Shown: positions 17,031 through 27,278, counted from the first letter of the stretch. The stretch: 64,000 nt of DNA from Eubacteriales bacterium (GCA_045656885.1 JAZORZ010000001.1:12366-76365), one strand, 5' to 3'. A program made the numbers and translations. Notes: a model not told the origin generated them from the letters alone.

Positions 17031-20000
17031 TTATTTTACCGTGCCGCTATCAAGCGTCTTTTCGGAGATCTTACCGCGTTTGCCGTGAGGAATAGGAGCT
17101 TCCTCTTCATCGGTCTGCTTCTTAGCAAGCTTCTTCGCCTTTCTGTCGGCGCGCTTGTCTGTCTTGGTTACGGGTTCAACAACAGCTTCTGCAATTTCAG
17201 CTTCGGTTGCAATTGCGCCTTCTTCAAGAGCCATTTGCTTCTTCGCTTCAATCAGAGCATCCTTTTCAGCGTCGATGAGTGCCTTCTTTTCAAGCTCAGA
17301 TTCAGCACGTGCCAAAGCGGTTTTCAGAGCTACCAATTCTGCCTCGAGGATATCGAGTCTTGCTTGTTGTTCGGTTGCTTCCTTGCCTGCCTTAGCGGCC
17401 TTTTGTGCCTTGGTTACACCCTTCTTCTTTGCCTTGATGATGGCTTGCTTTTGAGCTTCGAGAATGGTGAGCTTTTCAAGATCGCTTTGTGCTGCGGCGT
17501 AAGCTTCGTCGTAACCGGACATTTCAGCTTCAAATACTTCTTGTTCAGCATTCTTAACTTCGATTTCCTTTTGTGCCTTAAGCAACGCGCGCTTTTCGAT
17601 GTCAATCAGCTTTTGCTGTTGTTCTGCGTTTTCTGCAGCGAGGAGGGCAGCGTTAAATGCTGCAATACCCTTAACGAGTTGCTCATCGTCCTCATTCTTG
17701 GTCAGGCCACGTTTCTTAGCGCTGATGATAGCATCCTTTTGCTCTTCAAGCAGCTGGTTCTGCTCGGTGCGAGTCTTTGCATTTGCCAAAGCAGTGTTGA
17801 GATCGGACATCTCGGCCTCGAACTCGGTATACTTTTGCGCTTTTTGAGGTTGGAGCATAGCTTTCTTTTCGGTTTCGATGATAGCTTGCTTTGCCTCGGG
17901 AGTTTGTGCAGCAGCGAGAGCAGCATTGAACTTGAGAACTTCTGCGTACAGACGGCTGTTTGCAGCATCGTAGTTCTTGGGCAGGCCCTTTTGAACTCTC
18001 TTTTCCTTGAGGAGAGTTTGCTTTGCACCGTCAACAATAACCTGTTGTTGCTCAGGAGTTTGTGCAGCGGCCATAGCAGCATCGTATTGAGCCATCTTGG
18101 TTTCAAACTCAGATACGGGAACCTCGGGAGCGAGCATTTGAGTAACTTCAGCTGCAACAACTGCTTGCTTTTGCTGTGCAGTGGGTTGTGCGTTATAAGC
18201 GGCAAGGAATGCTTGAACTTCCTTTTCTACAGCTGCAACGCTACGGGACTTGGTAACGGTAATGCCTTGCTTCTTAGCATTAACGACAACTTGCTTTTGT
18301 TGTTCTACAACTGCCGCTTGTTGAGCAGGAGTTGCAGCAACAGTGTAAGCACGGTCGAGATTGCTCATTTCGGTTGCGAAGTGCTTTTGTTCTGCAGTTT
18401 CTACAGGAATTTGTGCATATACAGGAGCTTGAGTATATACGGGAGTAAGCATTTGAGCAGTTTCATTTGCAATAACTGCTTGTTTTTGTTGTGCAGTGGG
18501 TTGTGCATTGTAAGCATTCAGGAATGCTTGAACTTCCTTTTCTACCTTTGCAACATCACGAGACTTGGTAACGGTAACACCCTGCTTTTTGGCCTTAACA
18601 ATAGCTTGCTTTTGTTGCTCCATAACAACCTGCTGTTGAGCAGGAGCTGCCGCAACGGTGTAAGCGTTGTTGAGTCTGTTCATTTCTCTTGCGAAGCTTT
18701 CTTGCTCGATGGTTCTTACGGGAACCTGAGTGTAGATCGGAGCTTGCTGTTGGTATACAGGAGCAGGCATTGCCTGTCTTTGTGCGTTGATAAGAGCATA
18801 CTTATCAGCGGGGGTTCTTGCTGCGTTGTAAGCAGCGTTGAATGCAACAACATCTGCCATGTACTTTTCTTCAACAGGATTATAAGTGCCGCGTGCCTTG
18901 CTCTTCTTTGCCTTGATGATGGCTTGCTTTTCAGCTTCGATAATAGCAGCTTGTTGCGCGGGAGTAGTTGCATGGCTATATTGGTTGTTGAGTGCAGTCA
19001 TTTCACTCTGGAAGGTTTGTTGATCTCTGGAGAGAACAGGAGCACCTGCTTGGAGCATTGCCTTCTTTTCGGCTTGAATGATAGCGTGCTTATCTCTGGG
19101 AGTGTAAGCAGCAGCGTAAGCAGCATTGAATGCCTGAACCTCGCGTGCAATCTTATCAACAGAGCTGTTGTTACGCTTCTTAGCATTGATGATGGTTTGC
19201 TTTTGAACGTCAAGAATTGCTCTCTTTTCGTCGTCGGATCTAGCAGCTCTGTAAGCGGTGTCGAGAGTGTTCATCTCAGCTGCAAACTGCATCTGCTCGG
19301 GAGTCTTAACTCTAGCGGTAGAGGGCTGCAGCATTGCTCTCTTTTCGGTTTCAATAACTGCCTGCTTTTGAGCGGGAGTTCTTGCTGCCTGCATTGCTCT
19401 GTTGAATTCGTTGATCTCAACGTCGGAACGGCTGGGAGCGCTGGGAGCAGCAGAATAGTAAGCTATGCGGTCTCTTTCAACGTCGATAATACGTTGTTGC
19501 TCTTCAAGGGTGGAAGCAGCGGCAAGAGCAGCATTAAATGCTCTGATTTCTGCTTCGAGCTGTGCCAAGCTTTCGTCGGGAGTGAGATCACGGGTCTTTC
19601 TGGCTTTTTGCGTTTGAATTTCGTAAGCAGCAGAGGTGGACTGTACAGGAGCGGCAGCAGCGAGTGCCTTTTGTTGGGTAACAATTTCGGCTTGCTTTTC
19701 GCCCTCGAGTTGTTGCTCGATCTTTGCTTCGGTAATAGCACTTTGGATATACTCTTTCTCTTCGGGAGTTTGAGCAGCTTCCAGAGCCATATTGAGGGCC
19801 ATAAGCTCTGCTTGGATTCTTGCCATCTTAGCGGCGCTCTTATCTGCTTTCTTTTGCAGCTTAGCAGCTTCCTTATCTCTCTTCTTTTGCTCCTTAATGC
19901 GGAGCTTGAGCTCTCTGCGGCCAACCTTGGTGTCAGCATAACGCTCACCCTCGTCGGCATACAGGATTTGCTCGGTTTCAGCAGCAACCTCGCTGTCGAG

Positions 20001-20504
20001 AACGGGTGCATCTGCCTCGAGAATGAGTTGCTCGCGATACTCGTCTGCAAGCTCGGGTTGAACGTCAACATCAACGTCAACATCAACATCGGTGTTAGAG
20101 GTGGATTCCTGGTAACCGTTTTGAATAACGTTCTTAATACGACCGATGATGTCGGGGGAGTTGTAGATCAGGTCTGCAACAACCTCTACAGGGGTGAGCT
20201 TTTCCGACGTCATGGGGATCATATCCACCTTACCCTCGGGAGTGATGGTCAAAAAGCCAACGGGAACTACGCTTACGCCGGTTCCGCCGCCGCCACCAAA
20301 GTTTTTCTTTCCACCGTCATCATTTTTGGTGGGCAGATCCAGGCCACCGGAGGCAAAGCCCATAGAGAGCTTAGAAATCGGAATAATTACCATTCCGCTA
20401 GAGGTAACGATCTGCTTACCTACAATAGTGTCCGCATCAATAATGGTGCGTACTTGTTCCAGCGAATTTCGGATTATTTCCTTGATAGAAGATTCGTTTT
20501 CCAT
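17031..20504 (-). CDS. GerW/YtfJ-family sporulation domain fused to ~960 aa of tandem helical repeats
   Basis: The N-terminal ~100 aa (IKEIIRNSLEQVRTIIDADTIVGKQI...IIPISKLSMGFASGG...GGGGGTGVSVVPVGFLTI) match GerW/YtfJ. A (DV)5 tract follows. I count at least 17 repeat units of two alternating types. RBS aaagga. The start overlaps the ytfI-like stop by 31 nt. Confidence 0.8.
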   Translation of the reverse strand: MENESSIKEIIRNSLEQVRTIIDADTIVGKQIVTSSGMVIIPISKLSMGFASGGLDLPTKNDDGGKKNFGGGGGTGVSVVPVGFLTITPEGKVDMIPMTSEKLTPVEVVADLIYNSPDIIGRIKNVIQNGYQESTSNTDVDVDVDVDVQPELADEYREQLILEADAPVLDSEVAAETEQILYADEGERYADTKVGRRELKLRIKEQKKRDKEAAKLQKKADKSAAKMARIQAELMALNMALEAAQTPEEKEYIQSAITEAKIEQQLEGEKQAEIVTQQKALAAAAPVQSTSAAYEIQTQKARKTRDLTPDESLAQLEAEIRAFNAALAAASTLEEQQRIIDVERDRIAYYSAAPSAPSRSDVEINEFNRAMQAARTPAQKQAVIETEKRAMLQPSTARVKTPEQMQFAAEMNTLDTAYRAARSDDEKRAILDVQKQTIINAKKRNNSSVDKIAREVQAFNAAYAAAYTPRDKHAIIQAEKKAMLQAGAPVLSRDQQTFQSEMTALNNQYSHATTPAQQAAIIEAEKQAIIKAKKSKARGTYNPVEEKYMADVVAFNAAYNAARTPADKYALINAQRQAMPAPVYQQQAPIYTQVPVRTIEQESFAREMNRLNNAYTVAAAPAQQQVVMEQQKQAIVKAKKQGVTVTKSRDVAKVEKEVQAFLNAYNAQPTAQQKQAVIANETAQMLTPVYTQAPVYAQIPVETAEQKHFATEMSNLDRAYTVAATPAQQAAVVEQQKQVVVNAKKQGITVTKSRSVAAVEKEVQAFLAAYNAQPTAQQKQAVVAAEVTQMLAPEVPVSEFETKMAQYDAAMAAAQTPEQQQVIVDGAKQTLLKEKRVQKGLPKNYDAANSRLYAEVLKFNAALAAAQTPEAKQAIIETEKKAMLQPQKAQKYTEFEAEMSDLNTALANAKTRTEQNQLLEEQKDAIISAKKRGLTKNEDDEQLVKGIAAFNAALLAAENAEQQQKLIDIEKRALLKAQKEIEVKNAEQEVFEAEMSGYDEAYAAAQSDLEKLTILEAQKQAIIKAKKKGVTKAQKAAKAGKEATEQQARLDILEAELVALKTALARAESELEKKALIDAEKDALIEAKKQMALEEGAIATEAEIAEAVVEPVTKTDKRADRKAKKLAKKQTDEEEAPIPHGKRGKISEKTLDSGTVK
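17217..19814 (-). repeat. Intragenic tandem repeat array (about 35-45 codon units, two alternating subtypes)
   Basis: Type A is xVxAFNAAxxAAxTPxxKQAIIxxEKKAMLQ. Type B is FxxEMxxLxxAYxxAxTPxQQxxxxExQKQAIxKAKKxG. The most recent duplication is visible at DNA level around 18130-18440 versus 18440-18720. Confidence 0.85.
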
Positions 20505-21313
20505 AATGAATGATCCTTTCGTATACGTGTTAATATATTTTTAAAATCAAATCCAGGTTTGTTGTTTTGCTGCTCGCGTTCACGCAGAGCTGCTTTGCGG
20601 TAGGTCCTCTTCTTTTCTGCATCGTAGGCCTCTACCATTTCAATAATGATGATAACGGCGCGCCAGATCTTTGCAGTGAAGAGAAGGTCGATGCTTGCAC
20701 TGCACTCGGAGGTGGTGTAGTCGGGTTCTACGGCAAGATCGCCGTCATGGCGCTCAATGCTTGTGTAGTTTCTTTCAACGTATCCTATCAAATAGGAAAC
20801 AAGCTGAATGACAACACCGTAGAGAAGAGCAGTATGGGCGGCATCGTTGGTTGCTACGCGAATGTGTAGCTTGTTGATTCGAACTCTGACCTTTCCGCGT
20901 GTTTTGCGAACAAGCTTTTTGGCAAGCTCCCGAACCATTTCCAAATTTTCCTTCAGATTGGGAACAGGACAGTACTGTTTTGGAATACCAATCTTCTTTT
21001 CTGCTCGTTTTGCTGCCTTTTTAGCATCACGTATTTTTTTACGCGCGGCTTTTTCGGCTGCCTTTTGCCTACGCCTCAGCTCCCGCTTCAAAACTCTTTC
21101 GGGGTTGCGGCATTGGGCAAGATTCTTGGGCTGTTGCGGTTTATCCTTTTTATCGGGGTAAACGGTAAACTGAATACCGCAGATCGAGATCAGCACCCGC
21201 AGCTTATCTTGCTGATTGACAATGCGAATACTCGCATTACCGAGGAAGAAGAGCAGGACGGCTGTAATCAAGATCACGCCAAGTATTATTAATATTGTAA
21301 TCAACGCTATCAA
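20474..21313 (-). CDS. ytfI: YtfI-like membrane protein (DUF2953) with a Lys/Arg-rich insert
   Basis: N-terminal TM, then ...LHIRVATNDAAHTALLYGVVIQLVSYL..., typical of DUF2953. Located upstream of the GerW homolog as in B. subtilis ytfIJ. The TTG start overlaps the scpB stop (tTGA). Confidence 0.6.
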   Translation of the reverse strand: MIALITILIILGVILITAVLLFFLGNASIRIVNQQDKLRVLISICGIQFTVYPDKKDKPQQPKNLAQCRNPERVLKRELRRRQKAAEKAARKKIRDAKKAAKRAEKKIGIPKQYCPVPNLKENLEMVRELAKKLVRKTRGKVRVRINKLHIRVATNDAAHTALLYGVVIQLVSYLIGYVERNYTSIERHDGDLAVEPDYTTSECSASIDLLFTAKIWRAVIIIIEMVEAYDAEKKRTYRKAALREREQQNNKPGFDFKNILTRIRKDHSLWKTNLLSRK

Positions 21314-22071
21314 GTCAAATCCTCCTTTTCATTGGAGTCGGGCGAGGGAGGCGGTGGAGCACTTGCTTCAATGGCAACGTCTTCCTCTTCACCGTCAACC
21401 GGCTCGGTGTAGTCACTCGGTACAACCTCGTTGTCCACATCCATAGCCAATTGTTCTGCTTCGGTGGTTTCTTGACCTGCCTCGGTTCCTTCTGCCTGTG
21501 CGGCTGCCACACTCAACGCTTCGGTTTCGGGGAGCTCATCAAGAGCATTGAGCCCGAATACACGTAAGAACTTATCGGTGGTGACGTAAAGCATTGGGCG
21601 ACCGGGGGCATCAAGACGTCCCGCGGCTTCTATAAGCCCCTTATCGAGAAGGGAGTTTACGGCATAGGAGCTATCCACACCGCGCACCAGATCAATATAA
21701 GATCTTGTCACCGGTTGGTTGTAGGCGACTACCGCGAGCACTTCCATTGAAGATGCAGAGAGGTTTCCACCACGGCGAATGCCGAGAGCTTCTCGTATGT
21801 ATGGGGCGTAACGCTCCTTAGTTGCGAGCTGACAGGTGGTGGGGTAGAGTAATAGCTGAATTCCGTGGTGTGTATCTCCTTCGGCAAAATGATCTGCCAT
21901 AGAGCGCGCCAAGGTTTTCACGTCCTTTGTACTCAGACCCAAAAGCTCACCCAGCTTGTCATATCGCATCGGGTAACCGGCAGCGTACAGGATCGCCTCA
22001 ATGGCTTGCTTGAGGTCCTGCTCACTCGTCAGCTGCTCGAGATATGGAGCGGATTCTTTCTTTTGTTCCAT
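21310..22071 (-). CDS. scpB: Segregation and condensation protein B with an acidic C-terminal extension
   Basis: AIEAILYAAGYPMRYDKLGELLG, VAYNQPVTRSYIDLVRGVDS, GRPMLYVTTDKFLRVFGL. Confidence 0.9.
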   Translation of the reverse strand: MEQKKESAPYLEQLTSEQDLKQAIEAILYAAGYPMRYDKLGELLGLSTKDVKTLARSMADHFAEGDTHHGIQLLLYPTTCQLATKERYAPYIREALGIRRGGNLSASSMEVLAVVAYNQPVTRSYIDLVRGVDSSYAVNSLLDKGLIEAAGRLDAPGRPMLYVTTDKFLRVFGLNALDELPETEALSVAAAQAEGTEAGQETTEAEQLAMDVDNEVVPSDYTEPVDGEEEDVAIEASAPPPPSPDSNEKEDLT

Positions 22072-22100
22072 AATATCTGCGCTAAATCCTTTCGGGAATT

Positions 22101-23234
22101 TTATTGACTGTCATCAGGGAGACTTTTGGCTTGCTGTGCCATCGACTTGATAATATCGTTCATATCCAAACCGATATCATCAAGGAGATCCTCGTCATCC
22201 TCGGAGAGTTGATTGTCAAGCATCTCCGCAATTTTGGCTTCGGCCTCAAGATCGCTGTCGTCCTCGGGAATGATGTCTGCCTCTATCAAGGTTTGACCCA
22301 TTGCCTCTTCCTTGGCACGGCGGCGCTCCTCGGCGCGGCGAGCGCGTTCCTCTGCACGCAAGCGCTTCTTTTCGGCAAGCTTTGCTTCGCGAATGATGCG
22401 TCTTTGCTCGCGGTGCATTTCCGCCTTGGAGGAGAGGGGAATGGGCTCGTCTCCGTGAACGGCGGGATTGTATTCTTTCTCCTCTTCGCCCTCGACAGGG
22501 GGCGCATCGTTTATCACAAAGCGCGTGTCAACGCCGTGAATAACAGTGTAGGAGTCGGGGTCTTCATCAATTAAGATCTTGCGAACCTTGACCAGCTCCA
22601 AAATACCCAAGAAAATGGCAATCATATCATTCAGGGATACGGCATCGTGCAAAAGCTCTTGCATCGAGGTATCTCTCTTGCGAGACATTCTGTGAAGAAT
22701 GCCAACGATCTTAACGTCAACGGGAATAATGGGCTTGGCAACTAAGGGGGCAAAGGTTTGTCTTTCCGCACGCGGGCGGGATTCGTTTGCCGCAATGATG
22801 CGACGAACAGCAGCACAAAGCTGAGTGACCTCTTGATCGGTCACGTAAGAGGTATCGATCGAAATTTCGTCGGTATCCTTGACCATACGGCCACTGTATG
22901 TTTGATAGAGGGGAATCATTTTTGCCACTGCCTCTTTTGCTTGCTGATAGCGCAAGAGTGCTTCGGCAAGGTCGGCACGGGGATCCTTTTCGTTTTCCTC
23001 GACCTTGGGGAGGAGCAGGCGGCTCTTAATGAGCATCAATTCGCTCGCCATAACGATAAATTCACCCGCGATCTCCATATCCATATCCTGCGCCGCCTTG
23101 AGATACTCAAGATACTGGTCGCAGATGAGCGCGATGGGAATATCGATAATATTCACTTTGTTCTTCTGAATCAGCATCAAGAGAAGGTCAAGAGGGCCTT
23201 CAAACTGATCCAGACGGTAAGTGATTGCTTCCAT
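22101..23234 (-). CDS. scpA: Segregation and condensation protein A with a ~125-aa charged C-terminal extension
   Basis: YRLDQFEGPLDLLLMLIQKNKVNIIDIPIALICDQYLEYL is typical of ScpA. The C-terminus adds an RAEERARRAEERRRAKEE stretch and then an acidic tail. Confidence 0.9.
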   Translation of the reverse strand: MEAITYRLDQFEGPLDLLLMLIQKNKVNIIDIPIALICDQYLEYLKAAQDMDMEIAGEFIVMASELMLIKSRLLLPKVEENEKDPRADLAEALLRYQQAKEAVAKMIPLYQTYSGRMVKDTDEISIDTSYVTDQEVTQLCAAVRRIIAANESRPRAERQTFAPLVAKPIIPVDVKIVGILHRMSRKRDTSMQELLHDAVSLNDMIAIFLGILELVKVRKILIDEDPDSYTVIHGVDTRFVINDAPPVEGEEEKEYNPAVHGDEPIPLSSKAEMHREQRRIIREAKLAEKKRLRAEERARRAEERRRAKEEAMGQTLIEADIIPEDDSDLEAEAKIAEMLDNQLSEDDEDLLDDIGLDMNDIIKSMAQQAKSLPDDSQ

Positions 23235-23261
23235 GAGGTGAGGTCGGATCCTTTCTGTGAG

Positions 23262-23981
23262 TTAAATAAGGGAACTGAACAAATTGATAAACAGTTTGCA
23301 AACGGGGTCTGCAATTGCAATTGTGAGCTCGCCGGCAATCCAAGAGAAGGGAGAGAATCCCAAGCGGGAGAGTGCCAAGAGAGCCACGAGCAAGCCGATC
23401 ATAATCTGGCGCTCGTATTTCATCAAACCAAAGTAGGTCTTGGGGGGAAGAAATGCAAGTGCGATGCGCGAGCCGTCAAACGGAGGGATGGGAATGAGGT
23501 TGAACGCCATAAACAAAAAGTTGTAAAGCGCCGAGAGCATAAACAGCTCGCAGGTATAACCCAAACAAGTGAGTGCAAACGGAGAAATATTGCGGAATGT
23601 CAGGTAAGCTTGCAATGCAATGAAAAATCCGTACAGTGCAGCGCTGATCAATCCGACAATTGCATTTGCGGCAGGACCTGCCAGAGCAGTGAGTGCCATA
23701 CCGCGCTTGGGGTTGCGGAAGTTGCGTGTGTTGATCGGTACGGGCTTTGCCCAACCGAAGCCAAGCACCAGCATGCACAGAAAACCCATCGGGTCAATGT
23801 GCTTCATCGGGTTGAGCGTCAAGCGCCCAAGGTTGTGTGCGGTGGGGTCACCGCACTTGTATGCGATATATCCGTGCGCCGTCTCGTGCAAGGAGAGCGC
23901 AAACAGAATGATGGGCATACTGAACAGGAGGGAAACGATAATATCGGTAATATTACCGCCGGAGAGAATATCGAATAACAT
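23262..23981 (-). CDS. Site-2 protease family (peptidase M50) membrane protein
   Basis: HETAHGY (HExxH) in a TM helix. Multi-pass membrane protein. NLIPIPPFDGSR motif. Confidence 0.8.
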   Translation of the reverse strand: MLFDILSGGNITDIIVSLLFSMPIILFALSLHETAHGYIAYKCGDPTAHNLGRLTLNPMKHIDPMGFLCMLVLGFGWAKPVPINTRNFRNPKRGMALTALAGPAANAIVGLISAALYGFFIALQAYLTFRNISPFALTCLGYTCELFMLSALYNFLFMAFNLIPIPPFDGSRIALAFLPPKTYFGLMKYERQIMIGLLVALLALSRLGFSPFSWIAGELTIAIADPVCKLFINLFSSLI

Positions 23982-24011
23982 TTTGGAAAACGGTTCTCAC
24001 TTTCAAAAAAA

Positions 24012-24620
24012 TTACAGCTTCAAACCCGTGTATTCGGCGATCAGTCGCCAGAGATCTGCGCGTCCCTCCCCCTTGAGTGCCGAGTAGAACACGATAGGCG
24101 TGTCTGCGGGGATGTCGGGGTGGCTCTTGAGCATCTCCTCACTCTTTTTGCGTTCGGTGGCATTGAGCTTATCCGATTTGGTGGCAACCACCAAAAAGGG
24201 AATATTCGCCTCGCGCAAAAAGGAGAGCATCATTTCGTCGTCGGCGGTGGGGCCGATGCGGCTATCCACCAGCTGAATAACGAGCTTGAGCAAATCGATG
24301 TTTGGGTTTTGTGTAAAATAGCCGTCGGTCAGTGCCGACCATTGTGCCTTGTCGGCAGGGGCTCTTTTTGCAAAGCCGTAGCCGGGCAGGTCAACAAGAA
24401 AGAGCGTTTTGTCAACGTCGTAAAAGTTGATGGTAATGGTCTTACCGGGAGAGGAGCTGACACGCGCCAAGGACTTGCGACCGAGCAGGGAATTGATCAG
24501 CGAGCTTTTGCCCACGTTGGATCTGCCCGAAAAGGCGATCTGCACCATAGCATCACGGGGGAATTGCTTGGGGAGTCCCGCGCTGATGCGAAGCTCGGTT
24601 TTGTTAAGATTGAGCGCCAT
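24012..24620 (-). CDS. ysxC: Ribosome biogenesis GTPase YsxC/EngB
   Basis: GRSNVGKSSLINSLL (G1), DLPGYGFAK, ATKSDKL. Located downstream of lon as in Bacillus. Confidence 0.9.
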   Translation of the reverse strand: MALNLNKTELRISAGLPKQFPRDAMVQIAFSGRSNVGKSSLINSLLGRKSLARVSSSPGKTITINFYDVDKTLFLVDLPGYGFAKRAPADKAQWSALTDGYFTQNPNIDLLKLVIQLVDSRIGPTADDEMMLSFLREANIPFLVVATKSDKLNATERKKSEEMLKSHPDIPADTPIVFYSALKGEGRADLWRLIAEYTGLKL

Positions 24621-24647
24621 ACTGTCGTCTCCTTTCGTAAAAGTGTT

Positions 24648-27071
24648 TCACAGGCGAACCTGCGGTTGAATGTTAGTAGTGGGGACAAATGCCGAAGCCG
24701 CAAGCGCATCGCTCGATTTTTCAATCTCGGTGGGAGCGGTCTTCTTTGCGGGCAGGAGTGCTGCCTGCAATACGTCACTTGCACGGCGGCAGGGAATAAA
24801 GTGCAGATTGTCGCGTGCCATTGCATCGATCTTAGCAAGGTCGCGCATATTCTCCTCGGGAATGAGCACAGTCTTAACGCCTGCACTGTAAGCTGCCATG
24901 GTCTTTTCCTTGAGGCCGCCAATGGCAAGCACGTTTCCGCGCAAGCTGATCTCGCCCGTCATAGCAACGTCGCGACGAACAGCTCTGCCTGTCAAAGCAC
25001 TGATCAGAGCGGTTACCATGGTAACGCCCGCGGAGGGACCGTCCTTGGGGATTGCACCCTCGGGGAAGTGGATGTGAATATCCTTGGTCTTGTAGAAGTC
25101 GGTGGGAATACCAAATTCCTTGGCAACCGAGCGAACGTAGCTGACGGCGATCTGTGCCGATTCCTTCATGACGTCGCCAAGCGAGCCGGTGGTCTCAATT
25201 TTGCCGGTTCCTTCAAGAACGGCAACCTCAACCTTGAGTAAGCTTCCGCCAAGCTCGGTGTAGGCAAGACCGTTAACGCATCCTACGGGATCCTCGATGT
25301 CAATGGTTTCGGGCAAAAGCTTTCGCTCACCAAGATAAGTCTTGACGTCGCTCGCCTTTACCGTAATGCTCTTGCAACCGGTCTCCAGCATCTTTTTGCC
25401 GGTCTTGCGGCAAAGCGTTGCAATGGTGCGCTCCAAATTACGCACACCCGCTTCGCGCGTGTAATAGTCGATCATTTCGATCAGTGCGTCCTCGGTGATC
25501 TTCAGCATACGGCGGTTCATGCCGTGGCGCTTAAGTTGCTTGGGGATAAGATGATCCTTTGCGATCTCCAACTTTTCACGCTTGGTGTAGGTGGAGAGCT
25601 CGATGATCTCCATACGGTCGATGAGCGGCTTGGGAATGCTGCCCAGATCGTTTGCTGTTGCAATAAACATACAGTCGGAAAGATCAAAGGGAAGCTCTAC
25701 AAAGTGATCACGGAAGCTTTTGTTCTGCTCACCGTCAAGGACTTCAAGCAGGGCAGAGGTGGGATCTCCGTGCGAATCACGGGTAAGCTTGTCGATCTCA
25801 TCGAGAAGAATGAGAGGGTTGCGAACCTCGGCTTGTGTCAGTGCTGTGATGATACGGCCGGGCATTGCGCCAATGTAGGTTTTGCGGTGACCGCGAATGT
25901 CCGCCTCGTCACGCACGCCGCCAAGCGAGATGCGAACGTACTTGCGGTTCATAGCACGGGCAATGGAAGATGCAATAGAGGTTTTGCCTACGCCGGGAGG
26001 ACCGACAAGGCAAAGGATTTGATTGTTGAGGTCGGGATTGAGCTGCTTTGCGGCAATGTATTCCACAATGCGCTCCTTGACCTCCTCCAGTCCGTTGTGA
26101 TCGGCGTCCAGAACCTTTTGTACGGCGGTAAAGCTTACGCGGTCCTTTGTGGTTGCGCTCCACGGAATGGAAAGACAGGTATCGAGGTAATTTGCCAGAA
26201 CGGTTGCCTCGGCAGAGCCGAAGGGTGTTTTGGCAAGTCGGTCATTTTCTTTGGTCAGCTTTGCTTCCACCTCTTGGGGGAGGGAAGCTTCTTCAATTCT
26301 CTTGGCAAATTCGGCAACGTCGTCGCCCTCGCCAAGCTCCTCTTGAATGACCTTGATCTGCTCGCGCAGGTAGTATTCCTTTTGGTGGCGGTTCATGCGC
26401 GCGCTCACGCGCTTACGAATGCGCGTCTCCTCCTCCATCACAACTGCCTCTTCGGCGAGGATGCTCAAAAGGATTTCGGCGCGTGCAAAGGGATCGATAC
26501 ATTCAAGAACTGCTTGCTTGTCAACGGGGCGCACAAGAATGTGAGCCGCAATAAAGTCGGCAAGCACGCCGGGGTCTTTCATGGTGCGAACGGTATTTAA
26601 CAGATCGGTCGATTCGGCAGGGAGCAGGCGCATATTTCTTTCGGCTGCGCGACGTAATTCGTTTACGGCTGCCTCACCGAGTACACCGCCCATATCCTCA
26701 AGATTGATGTGGCGACAGATCAGATCTGCTTCGGTGTAACCGAGAATGGTGCGGTAGCACTCAACGGTTGCTCTTACAAGACCTTCGGCAATGATGCGCG
26801 TTTGACCCTCGGGAGTGCGGAGCATCTGCTTGATGCGCACAACGGTTCCAACGCGGTGGTAGGGGAATTCAATTTCCTCGCCCCCCTCGAGGTATTCGTT
26901 ATAGGATGTTAGAAACAGGAACGAGGAGCTTGCCGCAGCAGCTTTTGCAGCGGTAGCGGCGCTCTCATCGCCGGCTTCAAAGTTAATGGTCGTTTGGGGG
27001 AAGGCCACCGTGCCTCGCAGAGCGATGACGGGTAGCGTAACGGGTTCGCTTTTTTCGATATATTCGGGCAT
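24648..27071 (-). CDS. lon: ATP-dependent Lon protease (endopeptidase La)
   Basis: 807 aa. Walker [13 protein letters not shown] substrate-binding N-domain. Catalytic DGPSAGVTM. Confidence 0.95.
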   Translation of the reverse strand: MPEYIEKSEPVTLPVIALRGTVAFPQTTINFEAGDESAATAAKAAAASSSFLFLTSYNEYLEGGEEIEFPYHRVGTVVRIKQMLRTPEGQTRIIAEGLVRATVECYRTILGYTEADLICRHINLEDMGGVLGEAAVNELRRAAERNMRLLPAESTDLLNTVRTMKDPGVLADFIAAHILVRPVDKQAVLECIDPFARAEILLSILAEEAVVMEEETRIRKRVSARMNRHQKEYYLREQIKVIQEELGEGDDVAEFAKRIEEASLPQEVEAKLTKENDRLAKTPFGSAEATVLANYLDTCLSIPWSATTKDRVSFTAVQKVLDADHNGLEEVKERIVEYIAAKQLNPDLNNQILCLVGPPGVGKTSIASSIARAMNRKYVRISLGGVRDEADIRGHRKTYIGAMPGRIITALTQAEVRNPLILLDEIDKLTRDSHGDPTSALLEVLDGEQNKSFRDHFVELPFDLSDCMFIATANDLGSIPKPLIDRMEIIELSTYTKREKLEIAKDHLIPKQLKRHGMNRRMLKITEDALIEMIDYYTREAGVRNLERTIATLCRKTGKKMLETGCKSITVKASDVKTYLGERKLLPETIDIEDPVGCVNGLAYTELGGSLLKVEVAVLEGTGKIETTGSLGDVMKESAQIAVSYVRSVAKEFGIPTDFYKTKDIHIHFPEGAIPKDGPSAGVTMVTALISALTGRAVRRDVAMTGEISLRGNVLAIGGLKEKTMAAYSAGVKTVLIPEENMRDLAKIDAMARDNLHFIPCRRASDVLQAALLPAKKTAPTEIEKSSDALAASAFVPTTNIQPQVRL

Positions 27072-27278
27072 TCTAAAATCCTTTCCAATGCGGAACAGAC
27101 AGTACTTTTCACTATTTCATCTTATTATAGCACACTATTTTCAAAATTTCCATACCTTTTTGAAAAAAAGTTGCCTATTTTTCAATCTTTTTTTCACTTT
27201 TTTTGCCAAAAGGACGTTTATTTCCAAAAACACGAAAAAAGAGCAACAAAAAGTGACAAACGAAAATGCAAAAAGCCC

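Noticed and set aside
20061-20090. The (GTCAAC/ATCAAC)5 hexanucleotide tract as a phase-variation switch in the GerW-repeat gene.
   Set aside because: The unit length is a multiple of three, so slippage changes only the number of Asp-Val dipeptides and cannot switch the frame. It is noted under the GerW finding as a length-variable linker only.
27083-27100. Possible LexA (Cheo-type GAAC-N4-GTTC) box, ggaacagacagtac, between lon and uvrB.
   Set aside because: The second half-site is GTAC at the wrong spacing (5 nt) and not GTTC at 4 nt. It lies about 200 bp from the best uvrB promoter candidate. No better SOS box was seen upstream of uvrB or uvrA.
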